DNA of 64,000 nucleotides from Thermoplasmata archaeon (GTDB lineage Archaea; Thermoplasmatota; Thermoplasmata; RBG-16-68-12; JAGMCJ01): contig JBHIFJ010000005.1 in NCBI GenBank assembly GCA_046761045.1, positions 2,361 through 66,360 on the forward strand. The letters run 5' to 3'. The notes under the pieces were generated by a model. That model did not search any database. It saw only the letters and a list, made by a program, of their open reading frames with translations, and was not told the origin of the DNA. Shown here one piece after another: positions 10,154-18,920 of this stretch (its first letter is position 1; the number at the start of each line of letters is the position of its first letter). Made by a program: the position numbers and the translations under genes.

Positions 10154-10284
10154 CTGGTCGTTGGAGAGTAGCTTTCCGATGGAGCGCTGAATGACACTCG
10201 TATCTATCCTTCGGAGCTTGAGAGCTGCACGAACATAGGGGTCCTGAGCTCGGGCCTGTCTCTTCGATGTCCTTGCAGGCGATC

Positions 10285-11031
10285 CTATTCCTCCACTATT
10301 CTGAGGCCGTCTCTGAGCGAAGATCTTCTAAGAGCCAACGCTTCGTCGAAAAGGACCAAAACGTCCCTCTTTGTCTGGAAAAGGCAGATCTCGCACTTCT
10401 GGCTCAGATTATCAGGTGCGGATTCCAGAATGCATCTCAGGGATGAGAAGAACTCCGTGAGGTCTCTCAGGAACGCAGTCTGAATCTCGACGAAGAGCTT
10501 CCCTGGTTCATACTGACATCGACGACACCTCTTCCTTTCCTTTCTCGACTTCTCCTGGCGAATCCGCTGGAGCGATTCGGCCTTCACTGCCGAGATAGTG
10601 TCCAGAGTCCTCCTCATCTGGGAAAGTAGGCTCACGCTCACGACTGAGTATCTCTTGACGATTGTGCCTGAGAGTGTCATTTGCTCCACCCTGAGTTTGC
10701 CATCGAGAGAAAGAAGCGCACCCGTGAGGCATTTCTGCCTCCTCAGATCCGGCTGAGCATCGCAACCGATACAGTCGACTTCGATCAGGTTCCTTTCCTT
10801 CACATATCTGGATTCGCAGGAGCCCACACCCGCATCCCTCCGCATCGAATATGCAACTTCAGTGAGAGTTAAAAACCTTCTTGGCAAGATATTTAGCCAG
10901 TCGTCCGTTATTATTGGTATGTGGAGGGACGATAGAGCAATTTCGGGCATTCTGGAGGAGCTGATAGCGCTCGCGGTCGTTTCGATCGCCATCTGCCTCC
11001 TGCTAGTGAGCATATCGAGCACGGTCGCCAC
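10285..11031 (-). CDS. Hypothetical Cys-rich protein upstream of the FlaI-like gene. The start codon is uncertain.
   Basis: 248 aa ORF with CIGCD...C and CRRCQYEPGKLF...CEIC motifs suggesting zinc binding. It has no Walker A box, so it is not a FlaH homologue. Its 5' end overlaps the divergent pilin-like ORF at 10862..11368, so one of the two starts must be internal. Confidence 0.4.
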   Translation of the reverse strand: MATVLDMLTSRRQMAIETTASAISSSRMPEIALSSLHIPIITDDWLNILPRRFLTLTEVAYSMRRDAGVGSCESRYVKERNLIEVDCIGCDAQPDLRRQKCLTGALLSLDGKLRVEQMTLSGTIVKRYSVVSVSLLSQMRRTLDTISAVKAESLQRIRQEKSRKERKRCRRCQYEPGKLFVEIQTAFLRDLTEFFSSLRCILESAPDNLSQKCEICLFQTKRDVLVLFDEALALRRSSLRDGLRIVEE

Positions 11032-11368
11032 GCAAATCGAGCATCAGAGGACCATTGAGATGAGAGCAGAGGTCACAAAGCTTCTGAGACGAGTTGTGTC
11101 TCATCCTCGCCTCACCAGGGAGGGAGAGCATCTTCTGCTGGATTGGATCGTCCTCAGAAACGCCTCGGCGGATTTGCTTGGGGGAATCCTGAGGACCCGT
11201 CACGGCTTCAGAGTGCTCATCCAGGACGTGACCAATTCCTCAAACCATGTCATAGGAACCTCTGTTCCGGTTGGGGACCTCATGAGCGCGACCACTAGCT
11301 GCAACATATGGGTCGGTCCGGGGGACATTCACGCTGCCCGCTTGACACTCGTCATCTGGGAGGGATGA
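10862..11368 (+). CDS. Pilin-like protein with a candidate class III (prepilin-type) signal peptide. The true start is probably the internal Met.
   Basis: N-terminus ...MWRDDRAISG/ILEELIALAVVSIAICLLLV has a short charged leader, G at -1, acidic residues shortly after the site, and then a ~20 aa hydrophobic helix. It is paralogous to the next ORF (shared ...VTNSS... region and C-terminal LVIWEG/LVLWRT). Confidence 0.4.
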   Translation: MRVKNLLGKIFSQSSVIIGMWRDDRAISGILEELIALAVVSIAICLLLVSISSTVATQIEHQRTIEMRAEVTKLLRRVVSHPRLTREGEHLLLDWIVLRNASADLLGGILRTRHGFRVLIQDVTNSSNHVIGTSVPVGDLMSATTSCNIWVGPGDIHAARLTLVIWEG

Positions 11369-11369
11369 G

Positions 11370-11891
11370 ATGAATCGCAGGGCCCAACTGGCAATCACAG
11401 ATGCAATCATCTTCCTCCTTCTCATCAGTCTCAGTCTTGGGATTTCCCTGGTGAGCTCCTCTGACGGCCCAGGGTCAGCTGAGCTGTTCTCCATGGCAGA
11501 CGAGAAGGACTATGCCGAGGAAACATTCATCGTTCTCCTGAGGAGCACGCTGGACCTCCAAGACTGTGGAATGAACCACTCCAGACTGTCCGTTGACAAA
11601 TACATACTCCTGAGAACCGCCCTGGAGGACAGCAATGAGGACGTCGAGCCACTGGCTGCATGCGATGATGTCATAATTCGATTCGCGAGGGATCTGATAC
11701 TCGATAGATACGAGTTCCGTCTGACCTCGAACTACGTGAACTCGAGTACTGGATTCGTCACGGAGATTCTGCTATCCGAGCCTGAAAGGGTTGTACCAAC
11801 AGAGTACATTCAGATATCCTGGAACTTCACGATGATCTGCTTCGGCAAGCCGGGTGATGCCATCATGTCGCTTGTCCTTTGGAGGACGTAA
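11370..11891 (+). CDS. Pilin-like protein with a candidate class III signal peptide.
   Basis: MNRRAQ/LAITDAIIFLLLISLSLGISLV has a short basic leader, an acidic residue at about +5/+6, and a hydrophobic helix followed by a ~130 aa globular part. It sits adjacent (1 nt gap) to its paralogue. Confidence 0.45.
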   Translation: MNRRAQLAITDAIIFLLLISLSLGISLVSSSDGPGSAELFSMADEKDYAEETFIVLLRSTLDLQDCGMNHSRLSVDKYILLRTALEDSNEDVEPLAACDDVIIRFARDLILDRYEFRLTSNYVNSSTGFVTEILLSEPERVVPTEYIQISWNFTMICFGKPGDAIMSLVLWRT

Positions 11892-11944
11892 GGCAGAATG
11901 GGCTTCGGCGAGGAGGCAAGCCGGCAGAATCCTCCGCAAGGGTT

Positions 11945-12427
11945 CTAGGTCTGCCATTCCACCATTCCAACGACGTTTCCGGTGTCCCTCCAGATCATGC
12001 TGATGGAGTAGAATCTCGAAGGGCTGCACTCGACCTGGAAGTAGTCACCAGTGCTCACCCTGCGATCTCCATCCAGATCCACGAATGCAAAAGGCGCTGA
12101 AGGGTCTTCGGTGATCGGGTCCATCGCCTCAAGTACAGAACCGTTCTCGAAAAGCATCGCCTTGAAGTCGTGCAGGCGCTCCGCTCTGGAGGCCCCCGCC
12201 ACGGTCATCTTCCATTTGGTGCTGCTCACTTGCTCTGGACTTGAGAACTGTACGTCAAGGTAACCGTCGATTATCACGTCGTCCCGATGACTCGAGAAGA
12301 GCGCGACCACGATGAGAACCACGACCGCCATGGTTACGGCGATTGCCATCACACCGAGGATGAGATACCTGTCCTCGCGGAGCCTTGGCCGCCCAGGCAC
12401 CTGCCCCAGACACAGGATGGTTCGCAT
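11945..12427 (-). CDS. Single-pass membrane protein, paralogue A, possibly a FlaF/FlaG-like pilus or archaellum accessory protein.
   Basis: Likely start MRTILCLGQVP. One TM helix (LILGVMAIAVTMAVVVLIVVALF) precedes a ~110 aa domain that ends in VEWQT. It is 35-40% identical to the next ORF. Confidence 0.5.
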   Translation of the reverse strand: MRTILCLGQVPGRPRLREDRYLILGVMAIAVTMAVVVLIVVALFSSHRDDVIIDGYLDVQFSSPEQVSSTKWKMTVAGASRAERLHDFKAMLFENGSVLEAMDPITEDPSAPFAFVDLDGDRRVSTGDYFQVECSPSRFYSISMIWRDTGNVVGMVEWQT

Positions 12428-12446
12428 CAGACCTCCGTCCATCATA

Positions 12447-12935
12447 CTAAGTCTCCCACTCGACTCGTCCCCTTTCGCTCGCCGAATCCCTCCAAACGAT
12501 GCTCAGCCTGTAACCGCTCGAGTGAGGACACGTGATCGTGAAGAAGTCTCCCGTGGTGAGACTGCCGGCTCCATCCAAGTCTGTGAATGTCAGATAGGTG
12601 GAATGCTGTTCGGAAAGGGGGTTGATGTCGTCCACAACGGTACCGTTCTCCAGCAGCAGGACCATGAAGTTGTCGAGTCTCTTGACCTCGGATACGCCTG
12701 CAACCTTGACCTCCCATTGATTCCCGCCCAAGTCCTGAGGACCCGTCAGCTGCACGGTCGGCTCAGATTTGTGGTCGACAATCATGCCCCTGGGCAGAAT
12801 GAGGACAGCGAGCACAAGCAGGGAGACGAACGCCATCACGATCGCTATGGCCAACACGGCAATGAACAGCTGCCAGTCCTCCCGAGGTCTTGGCGGTTCC
12901 GGTGGCACCTGCCCCAGACACAGAATCGTTCGCAA
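12447..12935 (-). CDS. Single-pass membrane protein, paralogue B.
   Basis: It has the same N-terminus MRTILCLGQVP, a TM helix, a conserved core (VAG.S...RL..F..LL.ENG.V......P.......F.DLDG......GD.F.I.C.....Y..SI.WRD), and the C-terminus VEWET. Confidence 0.5.
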   Translation of the reverse strand: MRTILCLGQVPPEPPRPREDWQLFIAVLAIAIVMAFVSLLVLAVLILPRGMIVDHKSEPTVQLTGPQDLGGNQWEVKVAGVSEVKRLDNFMVLLLENGTVVDDINPLSEQHSTYLTFTDLDGAGSLTTGDFFTITCPHSSGYRLSIVWRDSASERGRVEWET

Positions 12936-13213
12936 CAGAGTATCCCTCCTCGTGACTTCAGCGATTCACCATGGAGGTGGCGCAATATAACGATTTTCAT
13001 CAGAGTGGCACTTTCACCCACCTCCCGCTCGCAGCCTTATAGCCTCCGGCCGCGTAGTAGGAGAAGGTGATAGCATGGAGGTTCTCGACGAGAAGAGCAC
13101 GACATCCAACCCCTCGTGCCAGTGCAGAGAAGTTTGTCCCGACTGCTCCTCCCCGCTCATGTTCTCGGGGAACTGCGGGTACTGCCCAAGCTGCGGCTTT
13201 TCCAAATGTGGCT

Positions 13214-13225
13214 AACAATAAATAG
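13214..13225 (+). promoter_or_regulatory. Candidate TATA box upstream of the mcm gene.
   Basis: The sequence aacaataaatag lies ~40 nt upstream of the GTG start at 13262. Confidence 0.3.
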
Positions 13226-13261
13226 GGAGGTGGCGATACCCTTCCGAAGGGGGAGGCCGTC

Positions 13262-15361
13262 GTGATACGATACACCGATGAGGAGCTTCTATCGAAGTGG
13301 GAAGAGTTCTTCGAGCAGTACGGTTACGAGTCCAAGATAACCGCCGTCGCTGATGTCTTTCCCGAGAAGAGGAGCCTGGAGGTCAGGTTCGAGGATATAG
13401 ACAGATACGATACGGACTTCGCCATGCACTTTCTCAGGAAGCCCGCCAGGACCATTTCGGCGGGCGAGGAGGCGATCTCAAAGGCGGTTCCGCCAACAGC
13501 CGAGGATGTCTCGATCCACATGAGGGTCAAGGGCCTTCCGCGGGATCATAGAATCACCATACGGGACCTGAGGAGCAAGCACGTCGGGCGGTTCGTCGCC
13601 GTCGAGGGTCTCGTGCGAAAGGCAACGGAAGTCCGGCCCATGATAATCGAGGCGACCTTCGAGTGCAGGAGGTGCGGGCACAGGTTCACCGCATTGCAGG
13701 AAGGTATGGCCTTTCGCGAGCCGCTGGAGTGTCCGAAGGACTCAGGCGGTTGTGGCAAGAGCGCCAGTTCAACGCGGTTCGAACTTCTCCTCGATGAGTC
13801 AAAGTTCATGGACACGCAGAAGATAGAAGTTCAGGAGAAGCCGGAGATAATCAGGGGCGGCGCGCAGCCCGAGAGGCTGACCGCCTACTGCGTGGATGAC
13901 ATAGCCGGCATCATCTCACCCGGGGACAGGATAGTCCTCAACGGCGAGCTCAAGAGCGTCCAGAGGACGAGGTATCGCGCCAAGTCCACCGTCTTCGACA
14001 TCTTCATCGACGCCAACAGCGTCGAGTCGGAGCAGATGGAGTTCGAAGAAATCGAGGTCACCGCCGAGGACATAGATGCGATCAGGGCGGCCGCGGCGGA
14101 CGAGAGGATTCTCGAGAACATCGTCTCCTCGATTTCCCCCGTCTTGTACGGCCTGCGGACGGAGAAGGAAGCGCTCGTGCTCCAGCTCTTTGGCGGCGTC
14201 CCGAAGGAGATGCCTGACGGCACGAGGATAAGGGGAGACATTCACATCCTTCTCGTCGGCGATCCCGGAACCGGGAAAAGCCAGCTGCTCACCTACATGA
14301 GCCAGCTCTCTCCGCGGTCCGTCTACACGGCTGGAAAGGCATCGTCCGCGGCTGGATTGACCGCGGCGGCAGTCCGTGACGAGTTCGGCGAGGGTCGCTG
14401 GACCCTTGAGGCTGGCGCGATGGTCCTGGGAGACGGCGGACTCGTGTGCATCGACGAGATAGAGAAGATGAACCCGCAGGACAGGGACGCCATCCACCTT
14501 GGGATGGAGCAGCAGTTCATCTCCATCTCGAAGGCAGGGATAACCGCCACGCTTCCGTCGCGATGCGCCGTCCTAGCAGCCGCCAATCCGCGGTTCGGCA
14601 GGTTCGACGAGCACAAGTTCATTTCGGAGCAGATCGAGCTCTCCCCGACGCTGCTCTCAAGGTTCGACGTCATCTTCTCGATACTCGACATCCCGGAGTC
14701 AAGAAGGGACATGGACATGGCCGACCACATGCTCAAGGGTCACCTCGTGGGCGAGCTCAAGAAGAAGAGGATGGATGACCGCATTGCTGCCGAAATACCC
14801 GATGTGGAGGTCTTCGAGCCGCACTTCGAGCCCGAGTTCCTTAGGAAATACGTATCCTACGCGAGGCAGGTGAATCCCGTCCTCACGCCAGAGGCGATGG
14901 AGGTCATAAAGGCGAAGTACCTCGAGATACGAAAGCAGGGCGAGGTGGAGGGTGCGGCGGTTCCCATCACACCGAGGCAGCTGGAGGCCTTCGTAAGGCT
15001 GTCGGAGGCGAGCGCGAGAGCGCGATTGAGCGATTCCGTCTCCGAGGACGACGCTCAGCGGGCGGTGCGGATCGTCGAGTACTGGCTACGCAAGGTCGCT
15101 GGTGAGGCGGGAAGGTTCGACATAGACATAATCGTGACGGGGACGAGCACATCGCAGAGGGAGCAGATGATAGCGCTCCGGGACATAATCCAGGAGCTCG
15201 CGGGAGAAGAGGGCAGCGCCGACATATCGGACATCAAGTCCGTCGCAGAGGAAAGGGGCATTCACTCCAGTCGTGTCGAGTCCCTGCTCAAGCGATGGAG
15301 TCAAGAGGGGGAAGTCTATTCTCCGTCCAAGAACAAGTACAAGCTCGTCGGACGGCGATAG
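13262..15361 (+). CDS. mcm: MCM replicative helicase.
   Basis: C4 zinc finger (CRRCGH...CPKDSGGCG). AAA+ Walker A ILLVGDPGTGKSQLL, Walker B DEIEKM and arginine-finger SRFD are present. The length is 699 aa. Confidence 0.9.
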   Translation: MIRYTDEELLSKWEEFFEQYGYESKITAVADVFPEKRSLEVRFEDIDRYDTDFAMHFLRKPARTISAGEEAISKAVPPTAEDVSIHMRVKGLPRDHRITIRDLRSKHVGRFVAVEGLVRKATEVRPMIIEATFECRRCGHRFTALQEGMAFREPLECPKDSGGCGKSASSTRFELLLDESKFMDTQKIEVQEKPEIIRGGAQPERLTAYCVDDIAGIISPGDRIVLNGELKSVQRTRYRAKSTVFDIFIDANSVESEQMEFEEIEVTAEDIDAIRAAAADERILENIVSSISPVLYGLRTEKEALVLQLFGGVPKEMPDGTRIRGDIHILLVGDPGTGKSQLLTYMSQLSPRSVYTAGKASSAAGLTAAAVRDEFGEGRWTLEAGAMVLGDGGLVCIDEIEKMNPQDRDAIHLGMEQQFISISKAGITATLPSRCAVLAAANPRFGRFDEHKFISEQIELSPTLLSRFDVIFSILDIPESRRDMDMADHMLKGHLVGELKKKRMDDRIAAEIPDVEVFEPHFEPEFLRKYVSYARQVNPVLTPEAMEVIKAKYLEIRKQGEVEGAAVPITPRQLEAFVRLSEASARARLSDSVSEDDAQRAVRIVEYWLRKVAGEAGRFDIDIIVTGTSTSQREQMIALRDIIQELAGEEGSADISDIKSVAEERGIHSSRVESLLKRWSQEGEVYSPSKNKYKLVGRR

Positions 15362-15371
15362 ACTGATAAGC

Positions 15372-15653
15372 ATGCGCATATACAGAAGGGGGGTCGAGGT
15401 TCTCCTCGCGGCCTGCGACAGCGACATTCTTGGGAAGACCTTCAGGGAAGAGGATCTGAGGATAGAGTGCAGTGGCTTCTACGATGGCGAGGAGGTCCCA
15501 GTCGAGGAGTTCGTGCAGAGGATGAACGAGTGCACGATAGCCAACCTCGTGGGCAAGATGACCGTACAGGCGGCCGTCGATGCCGGATTCATCAACGAGG
15601 ACTGCGTCATCTGGATCGGTGAGGTTCCGCACGCCCAGATGGTGGTGATGTAA
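15372..15653 (+). CDS. Small conserved archaeal protein (DUF424-like).
   Basis: Starts at MRIYRRGVEVLLAACDSDILGK, which avoids overlap with mcm. It resembles the ~90 aa DUF424 family. Confidence 0.45.
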   Translation: MRIYRRGVEVLLAACDSDILGKTFREEDLRIECSGFYDGEEVPVEEFVQRMNECTIANLVGKMTVQAAVDAGFINEDCVIWIGEVPHAQMVVM

Positions 15654-15661
15654 CGTACTGC

Positions 15662-16672
15662 GTGGAGTGCGGAAAGGAGGGCAAGACATACGAGAATCTG
15701 TGCGCGGAGTGCTTTGACAAGAGGCACAAGCTTGTTCACGTTCCCGGGACCGTGGACATCACGGTCTGCGCGCACTGCGGGGCACATCAACGCGGTGCCA
15801 ACTGGGCCCGCGTGGACAAGCTGGAAGCGGTGCGACATGCAATCGAGGGGGTGGTCGAGGTTGATACCGCTGCGCAGCTGGATGTGTTGGACGTAGAGCT
15901 GCACGAGGAGGACGAGAGGAATATAGCCGCTGAGCTCCTGTTCATTTTCAAAATTGATAATACCGAGTTCCGGCGAGAGGGGAGGACGCGCGTGAGGCTA
16001 AAGCGGGGCGTCTGCAACATATGCTCCAGGCAGAGGGGGCTGTACTTCGAGGCCATACTGCAGGTGCGGCCGTCTGAGGGGGAGGCGAATGAGGATCTCA
16101 TCGAGAGGGCGAGGGAGACCGTCCTCCAGGAGATTGAGCGGGCAGCTGACGAGGTCTTCATAAGCAAGGAGGAGAGGGTCCACGGCGGCCTCGACTTCTA
16201 TCTCAGCAACAGGGCGGCGGCCAAGGCGATATCCAAGCTCCTTCAGTCCAAGTTTGGCGGGGAGGTGACCACCTCCTCCACGCTCGCGGGGCGCAAGAAC
16301 GGCAAGGACGTCTACAGGATGACATATCTCTTCAGGTTCCCCGCCTACGAAGAAGGGTCCGTCCTCAAGATCGGGGAGGCGCTGTTCCAGGTCGTCAGCG
16401 TGGGCCCGCCAATCGTCCTCGCGGACCTCGCGACGCTGCGGGAGAGGGCGGTTCCCGCCTCGACGCTCAAATCGGCGCGAAGGGCGGACGCGGAGGTGCT
16501 CACGGCCATCATCGTCTCCCGCGACGAGAGGGAGGTCCTGGTGATGGACCCCGAGTCGATGAGGACCGTCACACTGCTTCGGCCACCAGGAGTCGACGAG
16601 GATGCCGAGGAGATGACGATAGTCAAGACCCCGGATGGTGTCTTCCCGTCGTACCTGCAAAGAATTAATTAG
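15662..16672 (+). CDS. NMD3-family 60S ribosomal subunit export/biogenesis factor homologue.
   Basis: N-terminal Cys clusters (CAECFDKRH...CAHCG, CNICSRQRGLYFEAILQVR) match NMD3 architecture. It is ~336 aa with a GTG start. Confidence 0.6.
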   Translation: MECGKEGKTYENLCAECFDKRHKLVHVPGTVDITVCAHCGAHQRGANWARVDKLEAVRHAIEGVVEVDTAAQLDVLDVELHEEDERNIAAELLFIFKIDNTEFRREGRTRVRLKRGVCNICSRQRGLYFEAILQVRPSEGEANEDLIERARETVLQEIERAADEVFISKEERVHGGLDFYLSNRAAAKAISKLLQSKFGGEVTTSSTLAGRKNGKDVYRMTYLFRFPAYEEGSVLKIGEALFQVVSVGPPIVLADLATLRERAVPASTLKSARRADAEVLTAIIVSRDEREVLVMDPESMRTVTLLRPPGVDEDAEEMTIVKTPDGVFPSYLQRIN

Positions 16673-16703
16673 TCTTGAGCCATCACCCGAGCGGGGGAGG
16701 ATA

Positions 16704-17579
16704 ATGATTCCTGAGGACGAGATCAAGGAGGCTTGTGTGGAGATTCTGAAGCGCGCCGTCACCCAGCTCCCCATGGATGCCGTAACCGCGCTGAGGAAGG
16801 GATACGAGAACGAGACGGACGATGTCCCGAGGATGCAGCTGAAGGCGATACTGGACAACATCGAGCTCGCGGTGAAGACGAGTGCACCTATGTGCCAGGA
16901 CACCGGCGTGCCCATCTTCTTCGTCAATATCGGCAACTTAGACATCGATGGATTGGACAGCTTGATCAGGGAGGCAGTCGCGGAGGCGACTGAGACCGTG
17001 CCGCTGAGACCGAACTCCGTGCACCCGCTCACGCGCAAGAACCCTGGCACGAACGTGGGCGAGAGGATGCCCTACATCAACTACCGCTTCTCCGACAACG
17101 ACTACCTGGAGATCGGCGTCATGCCCAAGGGCGCCGGGTCGGAGAACATGAGCCGCCTGGCGATGCTGACACCCGCCAAGGGACCTAGGGGCATCAAGGA
17201 GTTCGCGCTGGAAACGGTGCTGAGGGCTGGCGGAAAACCGTGCCCGCCAGTGATCCTCGGACTCGGAATTGGCGGGTCCGCGGATATCGCGATGAAGCTG
17301 GGCAAGGAGGCCCTGCTCCGACCGCTCGACGAGCGTCATCCAGAGAAGGAAATCGCGAATCTTGAGCTGAAGATATTCGAGGGCATCAACGACCTTGGAA
17401 TCGGTCCGATGGGCATGGGCGGGAAGACTACTCTGCTCGGCGTCAACGCGGAATATGCGTACTGCCACACAGCGAGCCTGCCCGTCGCCATAAACGTCCA
17501 ATGCTGGGCGGCCCGCCGGTCGCTCGTGAGGCTCTATCCGGACGGCCGCGTGGAATACCCGCTGGAGGTGATTCAGTGA
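16704..17579 (+). CDS. fumA: Class I (Fe-S) fumarate hydratase / tartrate dehydratase, alpha (N-terminal) subunit.
   Basis: MIPEDEIKEACVEILKRAVTQLPMDAV...MCQDTGVPIFFVNIGN. A GGAGG Shine-Dalgarno lies 6 nt upstream of the ATG at 16704. Confidence 0.8.
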   Translation: MIPEDEIKEACVEILKRAVTQLPMDAVTALRKGYENETDDVPRMQLKAILDNIELAVKTSAPMCQDTGVPIFFVNIGNLDIDGLDSLIREAVAEATETVPLRPNSVHPLTRKNPGTNVGERMPYINYRFSDNDYLEIGVMPKGAGSENMSRLAMLTPAKGPRGIKEFALETVLRAGGKPCPPVILGLGIGGSADIAMKLGKEALLRPLDERHPEKEIANLELKIFEGINDLGIGPMGMGGKTTLLGVNAEYAYCHTASLPVAINVQCWAARRSLVRLYPDGRVEYPLEVIQ

Positions 17580-18175
17580 CGGAGAAGAGATTGACTGTCC
17601 CGCTGAGCGAGGAGGACGTGCGCGCTCTGGATGTCGGCGACATCGTCTACCTCGACGGCATCGTACACACGGGCAGGGACGAGGTGCACATGCGCGCACT
17701 GGAGCACGCAAGGGAGGGCAAGGAGATTCCCGTCGACTTCAAGGACGGTGTCATCTTCCACTGTGGACCGATAATGAAGAAGCATGGAGACAAGTGGATA
17801 ACCGTCGCGGCTGGTCCGACAACGAGTTCGAGGATGAATTCCCTCGAACCTGAGTTCATTGAGAAGTTCGGCGTGCGCGGCGTGATCGGCAAGGGCGGAA
17901 TGTCGGCTCCGACGATTGAGGCGATGCAGAAGTTCGGTGCCGTTTATTTCGCAATCACGGGCGGGGCGGCCGTGTCGATCGCAAAGGGGGTCGAGGAGGT
18001 CCTCGGAGTCAAGTGGCTCGAGCTGGGGATGCCCGAAGCGATCTGGATTCTCAAGGTCAAGAACTTCGGCCCACTCACCGTCGGGATCGACACGAAGGGC
18101 AACAGCCTTTTTGCGGACGTGGACTCGAAGGTGAAGGGGAACATCCCGAAGGTCAGGAAGAAGCTCGGGATTTAG
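17576..18175 (+). CDS. fumB: Class I fumarate hydratase, beta (C-terminal) subunit.
   Basis: GTG start overlaps the alpha stop by 4 nt. It carries the motif GKGGMSAPTIEAMQKFGAVYFAITGGAAV. Confidence 0.8.
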   Translation: MTEKRLTVPLSEEDVRALDVGDIVYLDGIVHTGRDEVHMRALEHAREGKEIPVDFKDGVIFHCGPIMKKHGDKWITVAAGPTTSSRMNSLEPEFIEKFGVRGVIGKGGMSAPTIEAMQKFGAVYFAITGGAAVSIAKGVEEVLGVKWLELGMPEAIWILKVKNFGPLTVGIDTKGNSLFADVDSKVKGNIPKVRKKLGI

Positions 18176-18273
18176 CCGCTCTCTCGGCTTCTGATTCCTA
18201 TCTGTCCTGGTGATAGGACTAGATATGTTGGCAGGATTGAGCTTGTGCAATCGGATTCCGATGTGGAAACAAG

Positions 18274-18384
18274 ATGAGGCAAATTGCAGAGGTGACTCGC
18301 CGAGGTCAGACAACGATTCCCGAGGAGTTCCGGCGGAAGCTCAGCATTCGCGAAGGAGACAATCTCCAGACGGATTTCGCGTGA
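18274..18384 (+). pseudogene. Fragment of an AbrB/MazE/VapB-type antitoxin (36 aa; truncated, with no toxin partner).
   Basis: MRQIAEVTRRGQTTIPEEFRRKLSIREGDNLQTDFA* matches the SpoVT-AbrB looped-hinge DNA-binding domain but stops after ~36 aa. It lies in a degraded region. Confidence 0.3.
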
Positions 18385-18555
18385 GTGTGTTCCCGAAGAC
18401 GCGACCGAACATGGGGAGAGTTACCACTAGTCTAGCTGGAATCTGACTTAGAACTGGGACGGCGAAAAAAGGATCACCAAAACCGCTCTAGGAGACTCCC
18501 CTATTCACAACTCGTGTGTGAAACTCTATTGTTATGTGGTTTCCAAAACGAGAAC

Positions 18556-18834
18556 TCACCAAGAGCGCCCTGATCGACCTCGATTCCTATCGGGTCGGGG
18601 GCGAGCCTTGTTGACATTAAGGGTTCGACCCTTCATGTCCTTTCCGTTAAGGCCCGTGATCGCTTCCTCGGCTTCACCATCGGTCGGCATCTCAACGAAT
18701 GCGAATCCTCTTGATTCACCGCTGAGTCTGTCCGTGATGATCTTGCACGATGCGACCTCTCCGAAGGCTTGGAAAGCCTCCATGAGCTCGGTCTCGGTGA
18801 CCTCACGTGGTAGATTACCTACGTAGATGTTCAT
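18556..18834 (-). CDS. RRM-domain (RNP-type) RNA-binding protein with an Arg/Gly-rich tail.
   Basis: RNP-2 IYVGNL and RNP-1 RGFAFVEM motifs are present. The start is at MNIYVGNLPREVTETEL. Confidence 0.75.
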   Translation of the reverse strand: MNIYVGNLPREVTETELMEAFQAFGEVASCKIITDRLSGESRGFAFVEMPTDGEAEEAITGLNGKDMKGRTLNVNKARPRPDRNRGRSGRSW

Positions 18835-18920
18835 TCTATTCCTCTTACGTCTCCCGTTCATTATAGTTCAGAAAACGTTTCGGGGGTATTAGTGCATCCA
18901 TAGCACTTAAGGTTTTGGTA

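Noticed and set aside
10862-11891. Calling these two proteins archaellins (FlaB).
   Set aside because: Their signal peptides are only loosely class-III-like and the proteins are short (~150 aa mature) with no archaellin-domain signature. They are kept as pilin-like candidates only.
15998-17050. 350 aa minus-strand ORF.
   Set aside because: It spans the antisense of the NMD3-like and fumA genes at once. Both sense genes have strong family signatures.
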